This document shows positions 9,457 through 19,754 of a DNA stretch of 64,000 nucleotides, piece by piece. The stretch comes from a virus (taxonomy: Duplodnaviria > Caudoviricetes). The notes under the pieces were generated by a model. That model ran no database searches, had not been told where the DNA came from, and worked only from the letters and a program-made list of their open reading frames with translations. The DNA lies in the IMG/VR virus record IMGVR_UViG_3300020048_003360, positions 96,001-160,000 of that record. One strand, 5' to 3'. How positions within the stretch are numbered: position 1 is the stretch's first letter; every line of letters starts with the position of its first letter. Position numbers and translations under genes: made by a program.

Positions 9457-9740
9457 CCTGGATAGTGTTTATCTAACCAGGTTATGAAGTCATTCTTCTG
9501 GTTTGATGAATTTGATGGAGTTCTTGGTCCATTCCAAACAACAGGTGCCATCCAGCCTTCATTGGCATCTACACACCAGTAACCATTAAGACAGATATAT
9601 AATCTTAACTGAATTATTGGTAGTTCAAAATTACATACTCCAGAGGAATCAAAGTAATTTTCATCGTCAGCAGCAACTTTTACAAAACCGAGAGATTCCA
9701 CTAACTCTACAGTTGCTTCTCTTGTTGCGTATTTGAGCAT
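9447..9740 (-). CDS. Hypothetical early protein
   Basis: 97-aa Trp-rich ORF with GGAG RBS. Confidence 0.7.
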   Translation of the reverse strand: MLKYATREATVELVESLGFVKVAADDENYFDSSGVCNFELPIIQLRLYICLNGYWCVDANEGWMAPVVWNGPRTPSNSSNQKNDFITWLDKHYPGWK

Positions 9741-9751
9741 TTCATAACTCC

Positions 9752-9985
9752 TTAGTGCCAGCGAGCTAAGATACGCTCAACCACTATTAGGAAATCATCA
9801 AACTGTTCTTCTGGTTTTGTATACTCACTATATCCAGCCAGATAAAACTTATTATTCTTAACAGTTACTCTAGCATATGGAGTCCCATCATCTCCCCTAG
9901 CTATCATAAATAATTGTCCAGCATTTGCTGTTGTAGACTTTACTAACTCAGTAGCCAGTACAGATACTTCTAACATCCGTTTCAT
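9752..9985 (-). CDS. Hypothetical early protein
   Basis: 77-aa ORF, AGGAG RBS, directly after the promoter. Confidence 0.7.
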   Translation of the reverse strand: MKRMLEVSVLATELVKSTTANAGQLFMIARGDDGTPYARVTVKNNKFYLAGYSEYTKPEEQFDDFLIVVERILARWH

Positions 9986-10008
9986 TTTACTCTCCTAAGG
10001 TTAAACTA

Positions 10009-10029
10009 CATATAGGTAATATATTGCCA
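10009..10029 (-). promoter_or_regulatory. Early-type promoter
   Basis: TGGCAATATATTACCTATATG, exact copy. Confidence 0.75.
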
Positions 10030-10078
10030 TAATAAACTACAATCCTTATTTTATGACGATAAATTAGGAGTATCTGTA

Positions 10079-11407
10079 ATGAATAACAGTAATGCTGAAT
10101 TAATAGAAAATAATTTTGACTATAATTATAACGCATTACGCCATAAATTACGCTTAGCAAAGACATCAGTAATTACTGATGTTCCATATGCTATTAAAAA
10201 TATCTTCGATGAACACTGTAAAGACCTTTCAATAGATAATAATCTTTTGAAAAGAATACATATGTTTCAAGTAGGTTTTGTCAATAAGAATCAAGAACAC
10301 ATTGAGTTTTTTGGTGGTAACTTAACTGGCGTGCAAGTAGTTAGATTCTTACCATCAGATAGAGATCGTTGGTTTGATGAAGTAATTGAAACTAACGATA
10401 CACCTCTTAGTGAGGAACTCATTCGATTGCCTACTGTAAATAAGGATTGGTTTATCTCATCGGATACATTAAACCTATCTTGTGTTTGGCTAGCAAATGC
10501 AATTACAAATAGTAGCAAGTTTAATGATAAACAAAAACACGATGCTTTGATAGATATCTTTTTAATCCTTCAGTATAAATACATAACTAGTATTTTATAT
10601 CATTGGTTTAGATATCCAGCAGATAGATCATTAGCTGAAGCAACGTATGCTCAGTTAAGCTATAAATACACTATTAAGATACATGGTAGCTGGAGTGCAT
10701 TATTACTAGCTAGAGCTGAAGAAATTATATCTAAAACCAGTATCCATAATCACGTCATTAAAGAAATGAAAAATGACGTAGAAGTAACTTACATGTTAAA
10801 CGATATACAAGGTCGTATTAAAGATATTCTAAAAAATATCTATATAGTGTTTGATAGAGTCCATAACTCAAATGCTAGAATGCGAACTACTAGTTCAGTA
10901 ATGATAGATCATGAAGGTGAAGAGATATTAAAAGATAGGTCTAAACACCTAGCTAATTATACACGTTATGTTAATTCAATAATATCCGATAAAAATACAT
11001 TCATCAAACATGAACTAACTGACATTATTGAAGGTCTAATCCACACAATGCCCAGTAAGTTATTCTTAATGACATTAGATTGGATGTCGAATAACTATAA
11101 ACAACGTGGTGCTGATGAAATAGAAAAGTTATTAACTGAAATAATGATTTATACCTTTTCTTTTATTGCTGATAATAAAGAATTAATTAGAAAAGAAAGT
11201 GATTTAGCTATTTTATTAAGTAAATTAAAAGGATCATTAATGTCTTCAAGAGCTAGTGATTCAGCTTTAATAGGCTTAAGAGATTTAGGAGAAGTAATAG
11301 TGAAGAAGGCCACTAATAATAAAAATGATTCAGTCATCGCTAGTACTCGTACTGGAATTATTTTATATGTGGTATTAAGAACCTTAACAATGAAACACTA
11401 TAGTTGA
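10079..11407 (+). CDS. Conserved phiKZ-like virion structural protein (gp32-like position)
   Basis: 442 aa; FFGGNLTGVQVVRF motif; synteny next to the terminase. Confidence 0.65.
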   Translation: MNNSNAELIENNFDYNYNALRHKLRLAKTSVITDVPYAIKNIFDEHCKDLSIDNNLLKRIHMFQVGFVNKNQEHIEFFGGNLTGVQVVRFLPSDRDRWFDEVIETNDTPLSEELIRLPTVNKDWFISSDTLNLSCVWLANAITNSSKFNDKQKHDALIDIFLILQYKYITSILYHWFRYPADRSLAEATYAQLSYKYTIKIHGSWSALLLARAEEIISKTSIHNHVIKEMKNDVEVTYMLNDIQGRIKDILKNIYIVFDRVHNSNARMRTTSSVMIDHEGEEILKDRSKHLANYTRYVNSIISDKNTFIKHELTDIIEGLIHTMPSKLFLMTLDWMSNNYKQRGADEIEKLLTEIMIYTFSFIADNKELIRKESDLAILLSKLKGSLMSSRASDSALIGLRDLGEVIVKKATNNKNDSVIASTRTGIILYVVLRTLTMKHYS

Positions 11408-11461
11408 GTTACGTATCGGTATAGTATGAGACATTAGAGTAATAACGATAGGTATTTTAAA

Positions 11462-11866
11462 ATGAGAATATTTATTTTAATACTCGGGTGGATTTTCTAT
11501 ATCGGAGAACTATTTAAAGGTAGAAAAATCGTAACTGTCGTAGTTGATCCACCTGGGACAGATAAACCACTATCAGTACGATTTGGTGAATCTAAACTAG
11601 TAATACACTGTGATAAAAAACAATATAGACGTAGTTACGACAAATGGTTTATTCCCACGGATAAACATACAGTCTACTCTCTTTATTGTGAAGTTAGTGA
11701 AGATGCAGATCCATCATTAAAGCTTGCGTGTAGTGTTAAAGTAGATCTACCCGCATTATTACCAAAATGCGTTATAGATGACTATCAAAAGGTTGCAGCG
11801 ACACATGCCTTTATAGATATCATTACTGGTAGATTACAGAGAATTAAGGTTGGCTTACCACCCTAA
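11462..11866 (+). CDS. Hypothetical protein with hydrophobic N-terminus
   Basis: MRIFILILGWIFYIG, 134 aa. Confidence 0.6.
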   Translation: MRIFILILGWIFYIGELFKGRKIVTVVVDPPGTDKPLSVRFGESKLVIHCDKKQYRRSYDKWFIPTDKHTVYSLYCEVSEDADPSLKLACSVKVDLPALLPKCVIDDYQKVAATHAFIDIITGRLQRIKVGLPP

Positions 11867-11920
11867 CAGCATATTTCCTATACCTACCCTATTATTGAGG
11901 TAGGTATAGGTTTTATGCCG
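11867..11920. terminator. Bidirectional terminator-like hairpin
   Basis: CCTATACCTACC / GGTAGGTATAGG stem between convergent genes. Confidence 0.7.
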
Positions 11921-11923
11921 CTA

Positions 11924-14161
11924 CTATCTATTAGCTATTTCAAATGTAGTTAATGGTCTATCGCTATATACACCATCGGAATATGCTAAACGATTATCTG
12001 CATATCCATTTCTAAAATCAATACTATCTTGTTTATTGAAATTAGTGGTGCGTCGTTTATTTTTCTTAACCTCTTTAGCTCTTTCTATAAGACCATCTAA
12101 ACTATATACTTCATCACTTTCTAGAATAATTTGTTTATCCAATACCCTTAGTTCGTGCTCTAAACGTAGTGATACAAAATCATCAGTTTCCTTAGTGAGT
12201 TGATCATATATACTTTCAATTCGAGTTCTAATTAACTGCTGTTCTAGTTTATTTTCAATATCTACCTTAGACTCCCCAATTTCTAATCCTAAATTAGACA
12301 TTATTTTACTAGTGTCAATTCCGTAAAATGATAAATTTTTACCATGAAGTATTAACCACTGAGTTAAAAGCCAGCCAATTACCAGATCGTCATGTTCACC
12401 TACTTCATGATCTACCCTGCCGTTCTTACTAACTAAACCAGTAATCTGACCAATTAATTCTTTATCGTAAATATTATTACACCCTCTTTTAGCCGCATTT
12501 TGTAATGTGGTGGAGTAGATTTCACTACGACTAGCATAGCCAACTGCTGAAGTAGCAAACCCAAATGTCTTTTTGTATTTGACGTATATATCAATAGATC
12601 GTCTTACCATTGGTGTTTTGATTTCTGAATATCTTTCTGGATACTCATCATAATCATTTACCACTCTATTAAATATCCGTTTAAAGGGGTCTATACCCTT
12701 CTCTGGCAGCATTAGTAGTAAGTAGTCCATAATCATACCACCAGTTGATCTACGTTCAATAATGGTCGTTATGTTGACGTAGGATACCATTATTGAAACT
12801 AACCACTCTGAAAACATAATTAAATTAGTCTCATTAAAAACACCAGTCATAATTACTTCTAATGTCTCCACATCAACCATAACACAACCAATATCATCAC
12901 CGCCACTAGCATCACTGGTATCTATACCCAGTATAAATTTACTACTCATTAATCTATTGTGAATTTTTTCTTCTGATACATACCACCTAGTAACGTAGCC
13001 ATGTGGTTTACTAATATCTGTATACGATACAGGCTTAAGACTATTAGCTATTTTTTCTAGAATAATGTCAGATAGTGGATTACTCTCACTACCAGATGTC
13101 CATACATTAAAATAATCTCGTGAAGCATCATCTCCAGTTTGTAGTGAATCATCTAGTTTTGTTTTTAGCCACTCATCTGTCTTACCTAACTGGGTATGAC
13201 TGAGCGTAACGCTTACTCTTATAGCACCAGTACGTGAGTTATGTTTTATTAAGCGTTCTAAATCATCCTGATCTTTTGCATCAAAGAATGGTTCGGCCCA
13301 TACGGCAGATTCTGAAATTAATCTAAAAACAAATTTACCATCCTTATCGTCTTTTTTACCAGCAGTATTAGTTAGTATGGTGCCGTATGGTGCATTGGCT
13401 AATTTAGCTGCATCTACAGCAGCACCAGTAGCAGCTAATGCAGCTGGTAATGCTATTGCGATATTCGGCTGGAATGGACCTTCATCCACAATGAATATTG
13501 GACTAGTTAGACCTCTACCTAGGTTATATGCGCGTTTAGGCGATGCCTGTGGTACGTGTGTGATAAAACTATTGTTTAAACTACGTATCGTTAATTCTTC
13601 GCCGTTATTAACATCTAGTTTAGTTTTTTGATCTAAATATCTAGGTAGTTCACTAGCTATTTCTTTTAACCTTTCGATATTTCTGCGACGTAAAATATCG
13701 TCTTTAGTAAGTAAATTTATTTGTGTATTAGTACATAATACATTCATTAATAGTGTAACTAATACATCAGTAGAAAAGGATTTACCAGTCTGTCTACTCT
13801 GTGTTAAAATCGTCATTACGTGATTAAAAAATAACCACCATAAAGCTATATTACCTCTATTGGCTTCAACCATAACAGATGGTCTACCGGCAATAGCAGG
13901 TGCTCTAGCTATATTTCTAAAATACCACCATGGATTATCTCTAATTTCTAAAGCAATCATAGCCATTTGTTCTATAGATAACTTAGGATCAAATGGATCT
14001 ACACCTATTAGTTCTGGATTTAATGTAGCTAACATAAAACTATTATTTTCAATACCCATAGTTCTATATAAACTAGCTACTCTTAGAAAACTCTTATTCT
14101 TTGTATCCACATCTATTACTGCTTTAGGATACTTTTGCCAGTCATTTCTAAATAAAATCAT
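11924..14161 (-). CDS. terL: Terminase large subunit (phiKZ gp25-like)
   Basis: Walker A SRQTGKS, Walker B IFIVDEG, nuclease LGIDTS and HDDLVIGW; 745 aa. Confidence 0.92.
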   Translation of the reverse strand: MILFRNDWQKYPKAVIDVDTKNKSFLRVASLYRTMGIENNSFMLATLNPELIGVDPFDPKLSIEQMAMIALEIRDNPWWYFRNIARAPAIAGRPSVMVEANRGNIALWWLFFNHVMTILTQSRQTGKSFSTDVLVTLLMNVLCTNTQINLLTKDDILRRRNIERLKEIASELPRYLDQKTKLDVNNGEELTIRSLNNSFITHVPQASPKRAYNLGRGLTSPIFIVDEGPFQPNIAIALPAALAATGAAVDAAKLANAPYGTILTNTAGKKDDKDGKFVFRLISESAVWAEPFFDAKDQDDLERLIKHNSRTGAIRVSVTLSHTQLGKTDEWLKTKLDDSLQTGDDASRDYFNVWTSGSESNPLSDIILEKIANSLKPVSYTDISKPHGYVTRWYVSEEKIHNRLMSSKFILGIDTSDASGGDDIGCVMVDVETLEVIMTGVFNETNLIMFSEWLVSIMVSYVNITTIIERRSTGGMIMDYLLLMLPEKGIDPFKRIFNRVVNDYDEYPERYSEIKTPMVRRSIDIYVKYKKTFGFATSAVGYASRSEIYSTTLQNAAKRGCNNIYDKELIGQITGLVSKNGRVDHEVGEHDDLVIGWLLTQWLILHGKNLSFYGIDTSKIMSNLGLEIGESKVDIENKLEQQLIRTRIESIYDQLTKETDDFVSLRLEHELRVLDKQIILESDEVYSLDGLIERAKEVKKNKRRTTNFNKQDSIDFRNGYADNRLAYSDGVYSDRPLTTFEIANR

Positions 14162-14274
14162 TTTTTACTCCATTACTAAATTTGAAGCAGTATTCGTATT
14201 TATTAATTAAAGTATCAATCTAATCCACAATTATTCTCTAAGTACTGAGAACAAAAGTGGATTAGATCTTACTG

Positions 14275-15987
14275 TTAAATTTGATAAACTGGCATTGCTG
14301 AAATACCTAATTGTAAATCATTATCAGGCATTCTCATTATGAACTTAATAAAGATAGTACTATTATTAGGTACAGCACCAGGTAAAGTTAATGTGGTGTT
14401 CCATGCTGTAATCGGAAACTCCACATCAACACCATCTACCACTAATGCAAACATATTTGGAACTGGTGGTACTAGTTCTGAGGCTAAATCAGTTAACGGT
14501 AATGTTTTGTAGTATAGTCTATCTAACCAATCCGCCAGTGAACTGGCCGCACTAGTTAAGTTTATACTCCATATAGCACTAGGAACACTACCTAGAGGTT
14601 GCTGTACCATTGTACTAATAGCAAAGTTATCATTACCAAATGGTGGTGTTTGATTTGGTGCAAATCCAATAGTCCAATTTGTAGTGCGAGCAGTGCCAGG
14701 TGCAACTAATGTAATATCTACCGACTGTACATGTTTATAATCACTAAATATCGCATTAACGTTTTGTAAATTCACAGAAACACCCAGCGTTTGTTTAATA
14801 CCGTAACCGACTGGATTAAATGGGATAGAGTTAGAGTTAAAACTCACGTATGGCGTAACGTCATATACATTAGATCTATCGAGAGTATACATATACCAAC
14901 GTATTTGATAACCAACTAATTCATTAACCCAAACTGGATATGGATATAATTTAATACTAAACGCGCCATTAGCTTTTAATGTAATGGCTCTATAGTTACT
15001 AGTTATGAAATTACCACCCAATTGATTTCCAATACTCTGAGCGCCATATACTACCTCATCTGAAGACAAGGTATATTTAAGTACTAAATTAAATTTTTGT
15101 CCGACAATAGTGGCTATGTATCCAGCAAAACCAAAAATAGAGAACTTACCACCATCCACAGGCATACGTAATTGTGAACCGTCACTATACGTAACTACAC
15201 CAATTAACATTAAACCATTAATTGGTACATTCAGTGGATACTGGATTAGTTTATTATCGTTTTGAGATAAGAATGGGGATTCTAATCTAATATCAATAAT
15301 ATACTTAATTGAATCATCTGTGTTTCTGATAAATGCTGTATTTTCTATTAGTAACTGTCGTTTAGAAACTACAATACCATTGGCTGAATAAAAAACAACA
15401 GTCACTACTTCACCATCTAATAAATCAGATACTGTATGGCAAACTGGTACTGTTTTAATAGCTAGGTTTAATCCATTATTAACACCCACTAGTTCTAATG
15501 GAATATTTTGACCTAACATATTTCCAGATTGATCATAAATAGCACTAATAGCCACAGCACTACCATCTAGGTGACTACCTTTATAAATAATTGCGCTATT
15601 TGCATTACTGCCAAATACTCTCAATCTAGCATCTACACATAAGGTATGTGGTAAAACTGATTTATTAATATAACAGCGATAGGTGTCACTTTGTGTACCA
15701 GGACCTACACCTAGTAGTTTATCTACACTACTAAAATTATCCTCAGGAATAACCTTTATTATTTCCAATGTAGGAACGAATGTAACTGGATTAATTGCAG
15801 TTACTGAATACCATTCATTAGTACTTAAGTCTATTACTCTATCATTTACATTCGGTACGTATCTATTAGCACCCACACTACCTGTATATATTTCTGCTAA
15901 TGACCATATCTGAAAACGACTATTTGGTGAATAAACTGGAACTTCACCATCTAGTCCAGTTATGTGGGAGAATGCAGTATTACTCAT
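14275..15987 (-). CDS. Virion structural protein (gp26-like, baseplate region)
   Basis: 570 aa, beta-rich; phiKZ synteny terL-gp26-gp27-gp28-sheath. Confidence 0.65.
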   Translation of the reverse strand: MSNTAFSHITGLDGEVPVYSPNSRFQIWSLAEIYTGSVGANRYVPNVNDRVIDLSTNEWYSVTAINPVTFVPTLEIIKVIPEDNFSSVDKLLGVGPGTQSDTYRCYINKSVLPHTLCVDARLRVFGSNANSAIIYKGSHLDGSAVAISAIYDQSGNMLGQNIPLELVGVNNGLNLAIKTVPVCHTVSDLLDGEVVTVVFYSANGIVVSKRQLLIENTAFIRNTDDSIKYIIDIRLESPFLSQNDNKLIQYPLNVPINGLMLIGVVTYSDGSQLRMPVDGGKFSIFGFAGYIATIVGQKFNLVLKYTLSSDEVVYGAQSIGNQLGGNFITSNYRAITLKANGAFSIKLYPYPVWVNELVGYQIRWYMYTLDRSNVYDVTPYVSFNSNSIPFNPVGYGIKQTLGVSVNLQNVNAIFSDYKHVQSVDITLVAPGTARTTNWTIGFAPNQTPPFGNDNFAISTMVQQPLGSVPSAIWSINLTSAASSLADWLDRLYYKTLPLTDLASELVPPVPNMFALVVDGVDVEFPITAWNTTLTLPGAVPNNSTIFIKFIMRMPDNDLQLGISAMPVYQI

Positions 15988-15999
15988 AACTTAGTTCCC

Positions 16000-18567
16000 T
16001 TAGGAAGTGACACTTACGAATTCTGATAATTGGATTAAATCAGGCATATAGATCTTAATTACACGACTAATAAACTTATACTGATATATATTAAGATCAA
16101 CTACATTTGGTAAGTTATGTGGGTGAATTTTAATATACGCATTAGTAGCTAATGTACTTATCTTTGTAGGATCAAACTTCAGTATACGTTCATAACTACT
16201 AACTAATTCCATAACTACTTCGTCAGTATAATGCTCCATTAATCTTGGATCATCTATATAACCTGCCTTTAAATCGTAGATGATCTTACAGCAAAATGGA
16301 CTATAAATGGTATATAGATTTTCAATTACGTTAGGTGTAGTTAAAATAGGTTCTGGTAAAAAATTAGTTAAATAATCCGATACTAATTTATCTATAGCTA
16401 ATGAATTACGTTTAGCTAGATAAGTATCTACAGTACCAACACCTCTTAACGGAACAATAACATCTCTAATAGAATACGGTATACCATTCTTTGGGTTGGG
16501 TATTGTTATGCCGTTATTATTCTCTGCAAAAAGTAATTCATCTCTAGAATAATATTGACCACCCACCACTATTCGTAGTACTTTATCGTCTCTAAGATTA
16601 AACTGACTATTATGAGATAGTAGTCCGTACTCTATAAAACCTCTATCTATAATAGAATCGCTCTTAAGGTCTGCATTACAAAATCCACTATATCTAACTG
16701 TAATTTTTTGTGGTTTTGTTAAAACATCTTTTAAGTAAATTTTATTTATAATTATTACTTCTGGGAAATTAAAAACATAATCAATACCTTCTATTAGACT
16801 ATATCCATTTAAGATTATGTCTAATTCTCCCATTGGTACTGTCATTTTCCAAACACTGCTTTTATTATCTCTAAGTTGTTTACTAGTGAGATCAAAACTA
16901 ACCAATCCATCATCAGCTATTAGAAATAAATCATATGCCAATATATGTTTATTACTACGCACTAGAGTGAGATATTGACTATCACTAACCAACCACATTA
17001 AAACATTGTCGACTATTTGATACTTATTAGTATTAGTTACGTCTACCCAAGCATAAGTGGGGTTACCATTAATAATTGGACAAATATAAAAACGATAGTC
17101 TGCGTCAGGATCCAAAATAATATCAGAACCAGAATAAACTTCATCTATATTCGTTGTGCCAATACCAGCAACCATTTCTACTAATCTACAATTAGAATTA
17201 TGTGGGTAGTATTTATTACCAAACTGATGTTGATGCCATTCTAGTAATAAACCTTCATCATCATATTCGTACATTATGGATAACTCTACTAAACCATCTG
17301 GCACATTAGCAATCGGTAGACCACTACTTAAGTCAGCGATAACTGGTGTATTACCTAATATTTTACTAATGGAGTTATACCCATATGCATTCTCTACTAA
17401 CTGGCGATTAATGCCAGCATAACTCGTACCCATTAACGTTAAATAAGTTGAACTTTCTAAAGTATCAGCTGTCCAATTATGAACTGTTGAGTTAGCACCA
17501 ATCATAGCGTTTACTAACTCAGTGTTTGGTAATTTATAAAGTTCATTAATACGGTTATTTTCTAGTATTAAGCTTCTATCGTATCCAGATTTACGAATAT
17601 GTAATCTTACCGTAAAATCATTTATACCAGTCCATTCTGAATTAGTAGCCATATAACCCACTAAATATGACACCACTAAAGAATAATCTCTATGCGTAAC
17701 CATACGTACTGAATCATTTGTATTTTTATGGTAATAAAGACCAATGTGTCTGTTATTAGTTAATGGCTTTATTATAAAAAAATCAACATCATCTAAATAA
17801 TGAATAGTGTCGACGTCATTATCCGTGTAGTGTATTAAATATTTACTTTTATTATCTAGCGAGCTAATAAAGGTAGGTAACTGACTTATTGGTAAATCAA
17901 TTACACGCTCAATAGAGCTATCGTAAACGTATTCCACTACATCACCAGGCACTACACTAATTAAATCTACTCCAGCTACCTTATAGCCGTTTACGAAAGC
18001 ATATGTAGTGCCAGCCAATACACTTAGTTCTTCAAATTTTGTTTGTAATTCTACTATTTCATTAGTAGTATTTAAAACACCACCTTTTACACTAATAAAG
18101 TCATTTAATGCATCTGATCGGTCTGATGCAAAATATGAATTACTATATGTTCTAATAAATATTGATTCTGTATTAAAATTAATATTTATTTTAGGTTGAG
18201 TTTTCACAGCCAGAATTAGATTTCCATCTGTCAGTATCATGTACCAAACATGTATACGGGGTAACTGTAAACCACTATTGGCGTAAATATCTACTATAGT
18301 TTTATTACTATTACAAGCAGAAGCTATTGTGAACCATATATTACGTGTTTTTGTTAATCCAAGTTGAATTGGATCAATATTTCCAATCTGATAGATATGG
18401 AATCTAACATTTCTTAATGGTAAATTTATTCTTCTGTTTAGAATATTAGCTGTATTTAAAACACCATCAAATGGTGAAATTTTAGCAGGTTCAATTATTA
18501 ACTGCCTATCCTGATCTGGCGTACACCAGACATTCTTAATAGCATGGTCTACTAAAAAATCACGCAT
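16000..18567 (-). CDS. Virion structural protein (gp27-like)
   Basis: 855 aa; N-terminal HAIKNVWCTPDQDRQ motif; synteny. Confidence 0.65.
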   Translation of the reverse strand: MRDFLVDHAIKNVWCTPDQDRQLIIEPAKISPFDGVLNTANILNRRINLPLRNVRFHIYQIGNIDPIQLGLTKTRNIWFTIASACNSNKTIVDIYANSGLQLPRIHVWYMILTDGNLILAVKTQPKININFNTESIFIRTYSNSYFASDRSDALNDFISVKGGVLNTTNEIVELQTKFEELSVLAGTTYAFVNGYKVAGVDLISVVPGDVVEYVYDSSIERVIDLPISQLPTFISSLDNKSKYLIHYTDNDVDTIHYLDDVDFFIIKPLTNNRHIGLYYHKNTNDSVRMVTHRDYSLVVSYLVGYMATNSEWTGINDFTVRLHIRKSGYDRSLILENNRINELYKLPNTELVNAMIGANSTVHNWTADTLESSTYLTLMGTSYAGINRQLVENAYGYNSISKILGNTPVIADLSSGLPIANVPDGLVELSIMYEYDDEGLLLEWHQHQFGNKYYPHNSNCRLVEMVAGIGTTNIDEVYSGSDIILDPDADYRFYICPIINGNPTYAWVDVTNTNKYQIVDNVLMWLVSDSQYLTLVRSNKHILAYDLFLIADDGLVSFDLTSKQLRDNKSSVWKMTVPMGELDIILNGYSLIEGIDYVFNFPEVIIINKIYLKDVLTKPQKITVRYSGFCNADLKSDSIIDRGFIEYGLLSHNSQFNLRDDKVLRIVVGGQYYSRDELLFAENNNGITIPNPKNGIPYSIRDVIVPLRGVGTVDTYLAKRNSLAIDKLVSDYLTNFLPEPILTTPNVIENLYTIYSPFCCKIIYDLKAGYIDDPRLMEHYTDEVVMELVSSYERILKFDPTKISTLATNAYIKIHPHNLPNVVDLNIYQYKFISRVIKIYMPDLIQLSEFVSVTS

Positions 18568-18573
18568 TATTTA

Positions 18574-19473
18574 TTACTCCTTAATTAGATTCAGCGTAGC
18601 TCTTAAAAAATCATCGCCTAATTTACGATAACTATTGCGTTCCGTGATTTTAACAATCTGTGAGTTCTTATATGTACGTTCACTAAATGCAGCTACAAGA
18701 ATAGACACCCATGTAGGTGGATGCTCAACTGCAACAGCAATGTTTTCTTTAGCGTTTGTACCAAACCACGTACCACCCAACAACATATATAGAATTCCTG
18801 GATTTAATTCACGTAGTCGCACACTCTCGGTTGCTTCTTCTGCTTTAGCACAAAAATCAGCAACATTATTTACTACTGATATTTTATCTAGGATAGTAAT
18901 TACATCCTGAGCAGATGCGTGTAAAGCACGAGTCAGTGTGTTAATAATGCGTAACTTATCACGCTCATCTAAACCCACTGTATCCGTAAATTGTGAGTTA
19001 TAAAAAATTGCAGCTAAGATTCCTAAGTCAAATTGTTCTTTTGGATTTAAACCATATCTTCTACCAACAGATTCACTAATCCAACTAGCATAAATAGCCA
19101 TCGGAATATGTGAAATATTACGAAACGATCTAGATGCATCATCTATCCAGACAGAATTTAACTTAGCTCTAATTAAAGCTAGTGTGTGGTCAGGCTTATT
19201 CTGAACCTTAAAAGTTCCATCAACATTATCGTATTTTCCAAAACTACGCACATCTAAAAATAAATTATCTTTATTTTCAATATTCATTAATAATGGATGT
19301 GCGAATGACGGAACATCATTCGCTGCGGCATTACCACCATGTAAAAGATAAATATTATAGTTATCTATTTTTTCAATATCTCTATTGATAAACGCTATTT
19401 TTAATGTAGCGGTAGTACTATCTAATCTATAGCCGCTACATGCTGTAGTGTCGTATGCTGTTTTAAAAAACAT
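18574..19473 (-). CDS. Conserved virion-associated protein (gp28-like)
   Basis: 299 aa beginning MFFKTAYDTT; divergent from the sheath gene as in phiKZ. Confidence 0.6.
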   Translation of the reverse strand: MFFKTAYDTTACSGYRLDSTTATLKIAFINRDIEKIDNYNIYLLHGGNAAANDVPSFAHPLLMNIENKDNLFLDVRSFGKYDNVDGTFKVQNKPDHTLALIRAKLNSVWIDDASRSFRNISHIPMAIYASWISESVGRRYGLNPKEQFDLGILAAIFYNSQFTDTVGLDERDKLRIINTLTRALHASAQDVITILDKISVVNNVADFCAKAEEATESVRLRELNPGILYMLLGGTWFGTNAKENIAVAVEHPPTWVSILVAAFSERTYKNSQIVKITERNSYRKLGDDFLRATLNLIKE

Positions 19474-19754
19474 TTTGTATCCTTAAAATATAAATACTGT
19501 GAATGTATTGATACCATATATTCATTCTATGATTCATCAATAATCAACCATAATCAAATATCGTAGATTATCCTATTACTAATACTTATGAATCACCGTC
19601 TCAACATACAATCGTCTTTTTTTAGTCATATAATTTCATCGTAAGTTATATGGTGCATTATAGTTAGTTATAGTGCATACCAAGCATAAAGACTAGTAGT
19701 AAAAAACTCTATGTATAGAGATACCGTAATTTAACATCGTTATTGGAAAAAAAC